Shown here one piece after another: positions 12,448-21,440 of a DNA stretch of 64,000 nucleotides. The DNA lies in NCBI GenBank assembly GCA_002633005.1, contig NMRA01000277.1:429152-493151 (forward strand). The letters run 5' to 3'. This stretch comes from Phoronis australis. Its lineage: Eukaryota > Animalia > Phoronida. The notes under the pieces are model-generated. The model searched no databases and was not told the origin of the DNA. It saw nothing but the letters and a program-made list of their open reading frames with translations. Both the position numbers and the translations under genes were made by a program. Positions within the stretch are counted from its first letter, which is position 1, and every line of letters starts with the position of its first letter.

Positions 12448-13535
12448 AAATGCGACTTCAGGCTGACACATGTGTTTTAGTGGGAAAATTGAAAATTTAT
12501 CGCTTAGTGGTACAGTACCTGTGTACAACTTTGTGACCAAATTAGCATCGGCATGCACTTGCCCATTGCTTATGACAAACAGTCAAAAATGAAGAACCTT
12601 CTTGTTTTTGCCACAAGACAAACACTGCATTGGAATTTTAGGATGACGCTGAGAAAATTTAGTGTTGAATTTCTCATCAAAAGTAAACCTCGAAACAAAT
12701 GCGCATCCCTACCACCGCTGTACAACTGTCATCAAGTAACGCACTTTACCGCTGTAGTTCAGCTTCTTGAAAAATAGAGTCTTGATTTTGAGGGTTAACT
12801 GGAAGAATAAACATGTTTCCAGTCTACGCTAAAAGGGGTAAATCCCAATCAGGGTCCTCATTCGGTGCCGGCGGCCATTTTGGTGAAAATTGAAGGATGC
12901 CATACATGTATAACTGCTGGTGGGTTATTTTTAAGCACCACCATTCCTGGTTTGTAATCTACTGTAAAATATTTTTCACAAGAACCACTGAATAAAATGT
13001 TATGGCCTGATACATCACAGTTGTATAAAAGGGAACGTACAATACAACTTGTGGTCACAGCCCGCTTCTATCATGAAAAAACTCATAAGGTAGCTGTCAA
13101 TTAAATAACTTCTTGATCAAATTGATGAAGTATCTCAACTAAAGTAAGAAAAAAAATAATATTACTGTTTTTTCTAGATGATGATGCATTACATATCTCA
13201 AACACATTGTAATGAGCCCTTTTTCTCTTGCAATACGATTCTTACAAAAACAGAAAGTCAAGTACTGTAAATATATTTTCAAAAACTGTATTGGCGATTT
13301 TGTTACTGCAATTCCTGAAACTATGCAAGAGCTAGTGCATAAGTTGGGTACGCGAATCACCAGCACACAACTATATCCTCTTAAAAGAGACAGAGTCGAC
13401 GCAATATTTTTAAAAAACAAATATTACAATGATACTACACCTTTTCGGATGCAACATTTTAATACTCATTTCTTCACCGGGGACTGCGTCTATTTTGCCA
13501 AATAAAACTTTTGCATTTAAATCTACGCATGAAAT

Positions 13536-13616
13536 GGCAGAAAAATTGCCCCAGAAATTTTCATAATCGTTTGATTTAGTAATTACCCAAAATGCTATAA
13601 AGGAATCGCGGAAATT
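13536..13616 (-). ncRNA. Novel Sm-class snRNA-like gene, copy 3
   Basis: AAUUUCCGCG...AAUC-AAAC-GAUU stem, AAUUUCUGG Sm-like site, GGCA-AUUUUUC-UGCC hairpin; PSE-like TCACCTGTGTAGTGTAATATTT; distal element degenerate with an adjacent TACATGTA insertion. Confidence 0.65.
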
Positions 13617-14601
13617 GCATTACGTAGAACCGACACAGTATTTATTGTTCCAAATATTACACTACACAGGTGAAGCTTAAATCTTGCTGTCGGTAACATT
13701 TTAAAACTTTCATTGCAACCAATTCTTATGTCGTAAGAATTTGCCCATTCCTAGCAAGACCTCGGTTTGGAGAATTGGCTATGTGTACCGATCAATGCGC
13801 GTGGAAGTGTTTGTTCTTTTAAACCCAGTCCGTGGTCATTCAGTGTTGCGAACAATGCTATACATGTAATTTACCGCGTAGACTGGCTGAACGATAAATA
13901 GCTTTCACCAACACTTTGCTCGTAGCAAAACATGCGAATGGTTAATTCAAGCGTCGCTTTTACTAGCGCCATTTTGCTGGCAGTTGTTGGTTTTTACGAC
14001 TCTGTTAACTATAAGGGCAATTTAGCACGGATTTTGAAATTTTACAAAATTGAATATTATTAGGATTAATCAGTGTGCTCCGACAACAGTTGCAACCATA
14101 CGTTGTACAGTATGTTCTCACTGGTCGAAAGCTTAAATCAAACTTAAGATCACTTTCTTGGAACGGACTTATGACAAATTGAAGTTTTATCTTAAAATTG
14201 AATTAAAATAAAGTCTTCTCTTAACTAAGTCAGTCTTCTTGGAACGGGCCTCAGAATTAAAAAATTCAGTAGCCAAATAGGGGAATAAACGTGGGTATGG
14301 GTGACCCACTAGGCGGTCTCAATTGGCCAATTTGGAGGACGTTGCAGTCATGTTGTTCTTTCTTTCTCGTTTCTCATTTTGTTGTGGTTTTCGGCCCGAG
14401 TTGAGCAATCGCAGTGTATCAACGAAATTATTTTGCGCCAATTACGCGGGGTGTGGTTCTAAATTACTCCTACAAATTGGTCGCAGAATTAGTTTATTTA
14501 TCTCCCGTTACCTTAGTCAATCGCTGGTATACTACACGGGTTGGCTCTATTCATGATAACCCTCACGCATAGGAGGAGAACACCTTTTCATTGGCTTTGA
14601 A

Positions 14602-14668
14602 GGGCAGCTTTGCCCGATAAAAATTTTTTTAATCTTCAGATTAAGCAAGTACATAGATCGCGGAAATT
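14602..14668 (-). ncRNA. Novel Sm-class snRNA-like gene, copy 4
   Basis: AAUUUCCGCG, UUAAUC-UGAA-GAUUAA stem, AAUUUUUA, GGGCA-AAGC-UGCCC; PSE-like TTGCCTGTGTAACGTAATTTTT; distal AGGTGGCGCTG at 14898-14908. Confidence 0.65.
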
Positions 14669-15487
14669 AAAGATCTAGAGCCGACACAATATTAATAAAC
14701 TAAAAAAATTACGTTACACAGGCAACTTTATTTCTTCGTGATTAAAACATTTCAAACTTAAAACTCCATCAAGTCTTCCACCGTTTGAGTTGAACAATAT
14801 GTTTTGACATCAAAATATGGCAAATTATTTGTGTCCAGTTCTACTGCACGTGAAATCGTTTGCTTTTACTAACCCAATATGTAGTAACCTTTACAAACAG
14901 CGCCACCTTTTATCTTGTTCACAAACTGGCTATATTGATTTTCCAGAACTTGAACGGTCACAAGTGTCCCTTTTACTGTTTGCATTGCTGGGGTTTTCTG
15001 TAATTCAATTAACCACGGGGGCAGTTAAACATTTGAAATTTTACAAAAGTGAATGTGAGTTGGTTTAATTGGTGTACTCCGACAACAGTTTGCACCAATT
15101 GTATACTCCTGCGAAATTAGGCAGGCCAGATCGACCAGCCCAGCCAGATAAATTCTTGAAGAGCTAACGCCACGTTAAATAGTCTGCCTAATTATTAATT
15201 TTTATTTCGAATATTACAATTTCATTTGACTGGGTCCAAAATGTCCATTAATGACCCCGTACTGAACAGGCGATAAGGACCACCAACTGTGTATTTTGAA
15301 TACATAAGGAAATCGCTGAACAAGTCTCCATCGATTGCAATGCGACGCCACTTTATACTCGCCTCAGTCATGCTTGCAAGCACGAGACATTTATCGTTAT
15401 TTAGAACAGGACGGTTCTTTGTCATGAGCATTCGTTACACTACGGCTGGTTTGTCGTAGGTCTTTTGCACTTCATTCTACTCTTTAA

Positions 15488-15570
15488 GGGCAGCAAATGT
15501 GCCCCAAAAAATTTCTTAATCAGTTTGATTAAGTAATTACCCATAATGCTGTAGAAGATACGCGGAAATT
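15488..15570 (-). ncRNA. Novel Sm-class snRNA-like gene, copy 5
   Basis: AAUUUCCGCG, perfect CUUAAUCA-AAC-UGAUUAAG stem, AAUUUUUUGG Sm site, GGGCA..UGCCC hairpin; TATATAAA at -30, PSE-like TTACCTGTATAG, distal AGAGGGCGCTG. Confidence 0.75.
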
Positions 15571-15813
15571 GTTTGACGAAGAACGCGGACAATTTATATA
15601 ATATTTAATTGTAATACTATACAGGTAATCTTTACTTATTTGTGTTGACAATAATTTAAATCTTATATTGTAGCCAGATTTCATGTTTTAAGATTTTCTT
15701 AGTATTTACTACACTCTTACTTAAGGGGAATTAACTGTGCTTTATTTAATGCGCGTAAAGTTGTGTGTTCTTTGAATCCCGTCCGTGGTCATTGTTACAA
15801 ACAGCGCCCTCTT
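15571..15813 (-). promoter_or_regulatory. snRNA-type promoter of copy 5 (TATA-like, PSE-like, distal element)
   Basis: Minus-strand TATATAAA 15600-15593, TTACCTG 15628-15622, AGAGGGCGCTG 15812-15802. Confidence 0.65.
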
Positions 15814-16426
15814 TTACCGCGTACACAAACTGGCTGAAACGATAAGCTTTCACCATCACTCAGTCGCTCGTAGCAAAACATGTGAACGGTTACAAACGTC
15901 ATTTTTACCAGCGTTTTGCTGACAATCTTCGATTTTTGCAACTCAATTAAAATTTAATTACCATTTGAAATTTTACGAAATTGAATGTTATTTGAATTAA
16001 TCAGTGCGCTCCGACAACAGTTGCACCTATTGTATGCTCTCAGGGCTTTGAGTAGACGTGCCTGAGTGATCGACCAGGCCTGTAGCCAGGTAATAATATT
16101 TGAAGAGATAACACGACGTTAATCTGACTAATTTTTAAAATCGTTTTTGATATTGACAGGGTCCAAAACGTTCAAATGACGTCATACCAAAAGGTGATAT
16201 GGATGGCTGATTGTGTATCTGTTGAATGCGCAAGGTACAGTGTAATCACTGAACTTCAGCACAAGTCGCATCAAACACGTTCATGATTGAACTGAACAGA
16301 CACGATACTTAAAACTTATAACACTACATGTATACACACGTAATTGTAAAACTTTTAATGCCACCAATTCCAATGTCGCATTGAGAAGTTTCCCATTTAG
16401 CATGGGCGCACGCGGGGGTGAGCTCG

Positions 16427-16579
16427 CAGGGGCGGATCCAGGATTTTGAGTTAGGGGGGCCAGGTTGAGTATTATCCAGAATTTTGCCCGTCAGACATTC
16501 GCACCCCAAAGCTGCCAAATGGAATTTGGGAGAATTTTAGGGGGACCATGACCCCTTGCCCCCTCTAAATCCGCCACTG
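16427..16579. mobile_element. Short hAT-like MITE (CAGGGGCGGAT...ATCCGCCACTG); relatives near 20025-20190, 23020-23165, 24923-26268 and 50150-50298
   Basis: Terminal inverted repeats and shared internal sequence among dispersed copies. Confidence 0.65.
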
Positions 16580-17816
16580 GCACAGGGGGGCTCGAAGGAG
16601 CCTCCCCGAATTTGACGAATTGGGCAAACGGCCGGGTCCGTCTCAGTGAAACAAAAACTGAGTCCGGTTAAACGAGACAAAAGTCCACAAAATCCAGGGG
16701 ACTGAAATCGGTGCGGATGCACAATTCGTGAGCCTGAACCTAGTGGCTAGTTAGGTTTTTTTTTTAATCCTCGTTGATTTCTTTCAGTAAAAGCTCCGCA
16801 TACCGAACGATTCGATCCCCCCTATACTGTAGTCTTAGACTGGGTGCGCGCATGTTTACTAGCGACACAGTACTAGCAGAAGCCGATTGTACATGTATCT
16901 GTTGAGGGTTGGTGGGTTATACATTTCCAAATCTTCTACACGTAGGGTTGCAGGGTAGGGTTAGAGTTGGGGTAAGAGTTAGCCTACCCGACTAGAACGG
17001 TTCTTTGTCTTAGCACAAATACTGGAAAGCTTGGTGTCGCATTAGGGTTTATATGAAAGTGACCGACAAATACACAAATGTGCGGTCTGAAAATACTGAA
17101 ATTCAGATACTACCACATGGGCGACGCACCATAGGAGGCTGGGGGGGCTACAGCCCTCCCCACTTTTTCAGTGCTGCGGGCGCCGCCCATGGTCTACTGG
17201 CGGTGCACCCGCGGGCCACAGGGGGGCTCGGAGGGACATTCGTCCCACTTCTTCCACAGTGCGCCGCCCATTTACGAAGCCTGCATGAATTAGGGGTCAC
17301 GGACATTTTTGTATATTATACTTTCAAGGGCATGCAGTCTTGTACATCCCCAAGTTATTATTTTCAGTTTCCTCTTGCGAGCAGCCAGTATAACTTTTCA
17401 CAATGAAACGTACCTCCACTGAATCAGTTCCCGTGTTACCATTGGCCGAGTTTTGGTGTTGCCGTTTTTGCTTACATTGGTGATGAACCTATCACGTGTT
17501 ATCAAAATTATTCGGGAAAGGTTCTCTTTGAAGCACAATCTGCAGTAGAAAATGTAGTCAAAGACGGCTCATTCCGCATCAAGAAATTCTCATTTTGCTC
17601 CCCAGAAGACCACCCTAGTATCTCCAAATTCACCAAACTTTGTGGTGTCATACTTTACAAAAATTCTCTCATCCCTAATGTGATTCATAAGACTGAACAT
17701 ACATGTAGCTCTGATACTAACTCCCAACTTGCCAGTTGTTGACTACTGTGGTCGTTGTAACCGTGGACTAACACTTAACTTACGGAGGCGCACAACATTC
17801 CTAGAACTTTAAATTG

Positions 17817-17902
17817 AGGCACGTAATTCCGTGCCCTATAAAAATTCATAAAGTTCAAAAAGTTATTAACTCTGCAAGGCGATAGCCTTTGCCGCGGAAA
17901 TT
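17817..17902 (-). ncRNA. Novel Sm-class snRNA-like gene, copy 6
   Basis: AAUUUCCGCG, GCAAAGGC-UAUC-GCCUUGC and AGAGUU..AACUUU stems, AAUUUUUA, GGGCACG-GAAUUA-CGUGCCU; TATAAA at -25, ACACCTGCACGG PSE-like, TAGGTGGCGCTG distal element at 18133-18144. Confidence 0.72.
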
Positions 17903-18847
17903 AAAGCTCACGCGAGAGACGTTTATACATAATAAATTGTTTGTTATTCCGTGCAGGTGTTATACCATTCTACTCTATCTGAGATTGAAACACTAGAATT
18001 TGAGAAATTTGTGACACAGTCAGATACAAAATTGAACACCACGTTTCGAGATTTAATGGATTGACAGTGCACGGTTTTACTTAGTCACAAAATTGGTTAA
18101 CTTTTACTCGACCTTGGCCATATTATTGTTCACAGCGCCACCTAGCATGAATCACAGCAACACTGAAGCCCGATCGAGTTTCTGATTCGGTGAATGCGTT
18201 CAAACAAAGCATTCAAATGTGATTGTTGCTCTTTAGCAGTCTAATTACTATATTTTGCAACTTTTTGTTTCTCATTATTGCAGTAAAAATCGAACATATT
18301 TTGAACTCCTACTTGAAAGTCTCTCACTACTCGGATGGTGCTACATTTGTAGCCTGAACGTAGGCAGTGTGTCTGCAAGATGTTGGTTACTTTGAAAGCA
18401 TCTATCGTGTTGAGAACTTTGTATTTCTTCTTTGTTGCTCTCTGGCATCTACCTATACGTACGTCGAATTAGAGGTCAGGATATTGCGACTTTTAACGGC
18501 ATTATATAGTCGAAGAAGGCAGAGCAAGAATGGAATGTTAACGTATGTACGTGGTGCTCCTGCCCTCGGATTCCGAAATCCGACGCAAAGATTGCTCCTC
18601 AACTTTGACAGCAGAGTAAACGTTACTACGTCAACTTTCGGAACACCTGTTAATAATTTAGCTTACTCAAGAGTGTACTTTTTAATGACACTAGTTTTGT
18701 GTCAGACTTTAGGTGACATTTTTACTCAAATAGGCGCGGCAAACCTGTAAGTCAACCTCGTACCAAGACAGGGAGAAGGGGTGACTCGTGAACATGCACC
18801 GTTAATTATTGACGTGCGTGACATGCACTGCACTGAATTAAAAACCC

Positions 18848-18925
18848 GGCAGCAAAACTGCCTCCCAAAAATATCGAAAAAAAGACTTAATAATACTTAA
18901 TAATTATTGCCTAAACGCGGAAATT
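18848..18925 (-). ncRNA. Novel Sm-class snRNA-like gene, copy 7
   Basis: AAUUUCCGCG...AUAUUUUUGG, GGCAG-UUUUG-CUGCC; TATATATT at -30, TTACCTGCATGGTGTAATATT PSE-like, AGGTGTCGCTG distal element. Confidence 0.72.
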
Positions 18926-20462
18926 GTGAATGTAATCACCTGGCGTTAATATATAAAGCTTTTAATATTACACCATGCAGGTAAATTCATTCTTTCGTCT
19001 TTCTAGGATTAAAAAAAATAAAAATGGTGAACTTCATAAAGCTATTAGTACAAACATTAAAGCGGTGTTTTATACAAGCGTAGAATTGACGGTGTCTTGT
19101 GGTAATATGTGTGAAAGTCTATATTGTTTACCAAGCATCTAGTTATCGTTTGCAAGCAGCGACACCTATAGTCAGCAAAGAAAATGAGTGGCAAGCGACG
19201 AGCTTTTTCCGAATTGTAATACGAGAAAGGGGAATGATCTAAAATGAACAAAACGGAACTATAGATCAGTCTATCAACCTACACCATATACATGAATACA
19301 TAGGCAATCGTCTGAAAAGAAAGCTCACAATGATTATACAACTTTGTCGGCATATTATTTGTTGTGTAGCCTAGGAACACATGCATGACATCGTGTTTGT
19401 GTTTAATTTTGAGTCAACATGAGGTGTTTGCAAATGTAAAAGTTCTCAGTAAGGCCCTTCGCACTTCCCAACTTCTTGCGACGAGAGGAGGCCATCTCAA
19501 TAAAAAGTCAAATTGGATGTTTTCAAAACTCTTCGAAATGGTCAAAATTCTGATCAAATTCACTGTTTGATGTAGATCATCACCAAAAGAATGAATTTCT
19601 ATATGCCCAAAACGCTGGGAAATGCTTACTAGACAACACGGTCCGCCTACAAGGGTAACGTGCATTTTGAGAACCAGGGTTTTCCAATACATGTACAGTG
19701 TACATGTAACAGGAGTCAAACTGGTTCGTAAAATGCGGAATGCCTTTGAGAGACCCAACTTCTATCATGCAAATAAATTCATAGAGGTACACTGTAGCAC
19801 TTAATTACTTGACTGAATTGAAGAAGTATGACACCAAGAAAATTTATTAGCGCACGGTGATCAAGTTGTTCCAGAGGGCATACGTGTCAACCAATACGGG
19901 AACTATACGCAATGTTAAACGGTTGTCCGTCACCAGTTGGTCAAAGTAGTTGATCGTTAATTATTTCAGTAACACGTACTGGAGGACTACACACAAGTGT
20001 TCTGTGAAATTGGGGAAATGAATTCAGTAGCGGATTTAGAGGAAGGCAATAGTACCATAACCCACGCCCCCCTAGAATTCTCACAGATTCTATTTGGCAG
20101 TTCGGGGGTGCGAATATCTGAGGCCGGACAAAATCCTGGCTAAAACTTTTCGCTGGCCATCCTAACGCAAAATTCCGGATCCGCCCTGGAATTCAACTGC
20201 CCTCGTGGTGTTCTCAACAGTATTATGACGGTTCTCTTTTGTTCTCGTTCTCTGGGGCCATGTAGGGAGGACCATATACGAAAACCGCGATTTCACTTCA
20301 AAGTTATTCCGCATAAGATAATATTGAATATCAGGTCACCACTTAGATTTCCATGAAAACATATCAGGCTCGGCGGTACCCAATCGATGGATCTGCGGGG
20401 AACTCAAAAATTAATGTCCTCTGTAAACGAAAACCTAACATTACCTGTATGGCAGAGAAGCG

Positions 20463-20525
20463 GGCAGTCAAACTGCCTTCAAAAAATGAACTGAAATGTA
20501 ATATTACGCATTTAACGCGGAAATT
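20463..20525 (-). ncRNA. Novel Sm-class snRNA-like gene, copy 8
   Basis: AAUUUCCGCG, AAAUG..CAUUU stem, AUUUUUUGA Sm site, GGCAG-UUUGA-CUGCC hairpin. Confidence 0.72.
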
Positions 20526-20767
20526 ACTCTTATGTGTGGATGTCGTTTATATATCAGCTAAAAATATTATTCTGTACAGGTGATTAAAGACAAAGGTTAT
20601 TATAACATTTTGAAACTCTTAAAAAGATTTTTTGTTAGGTTTTGGGGACTAAAATTGCAGCTGTTAGGATCCACGTGAATAGGATTGACTGTATCTGGTT
20701 TTACTACGCGTGAAAGTCTTAATTTTTTAAGCGGTGTTAGGTCGTCGTTTGCAAGCAGCGCCACCTA
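20526..20767 (-). promoter_or_regulatory. snRNA-type promoter of copy 8
   Basis: Minus-strand TATATAAA 20553-20546 (-28), TCACCTGTACAGAATAATATTT from 20583 (-58), TTTCACGCG near 20710, AGGTGGCGCTGCTTGCAAAC 20766-20747. Confidence 0.7.
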
Positions 20768-21199
20768 TCAATTGAGCAGAAAAGTGCGCAGCAAGCGACG
20801 AGCCGTTTTGTAATTGACTTATCGCAAGCTCCGCCCCCTTGCGTGATGTCGACCAACAAACAATAAGTTTTCTCCGGCAACGTGTTGTTTGTTGGGTAAA
20901 ATGGCGGTTTGGAAACGAAGCTGTGTCAATAATGCTGCGTTCTAAATGGTCAGTTTAGCGTCACTCAAAATCCTGGCGATAGGTCAATTGCTATCGAGAC
21001 AGATTCAACTTACAACCATTGAAAAGTCGATGTGGCTGTCATTAGAATTCAGTTTTCTGTTTATGCAAAGCACACTGATATACGCACACCGCACGACTCT
21101 CGACGTTGTCGATTTATGTTAGATATATTTGATTTATTCCTGCACCAGTTGCAGGTGCTCAGACCGTAGTTACAAACTTCATGTACGGTACCTCGCACA

Positions 21200-21440
21200 C
21201 TGACCGTGACCATTATCTCCATTATAAACTGTGCGCTGTTCGAACGAGAACCGCGCTCTGATGTCCCCTTGAGGATGATACTGAGCGTCACAGAACAGGC
21301 AAACACTATGCCTACTCGCTGTTGGCGGGATTGCGGATATCCTACATGGGCATTGAAAAAGGTACCTAAATGCCATCAGCTTTCTGAGGAAAGTCGTGAC
21401 CGTAAGAATATGGTTGCGATTCCTTTCGGGTATACAGTCC
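21200..21440 (+). mobile_element. Penelope-like retroelement remnant (region C-terminal to RT)
   Basis: LFER...RDCGYPTWALKKV...MVAIP resembles the GYP-x-W and IPY motifs between RT and GIY-YIG in Penelope-like elements. Confidence 0.55.

Noticed and set aside
7710-20525. Small RNAs as U7, U1, U11, U12 or U4atac copies
   Set aside because: They lack the U7-type AUUUGUCUAG Sm site and the known 5' sequences of the spliceosomal snRNAs as I recall them, and are too short for most; an Rfam search is still needed
7840-20590. Conserved CAG|GT in each repeat unit read as an array of plus-strand alternative exons or splice donors
   Set aside because: No shared reading frame, acceptor or ATG upstream; one copy has GC; the motif is better explained as the reverse complement of a PSE-like TYACCTG at a fixed distance from a TATA box and the decamer
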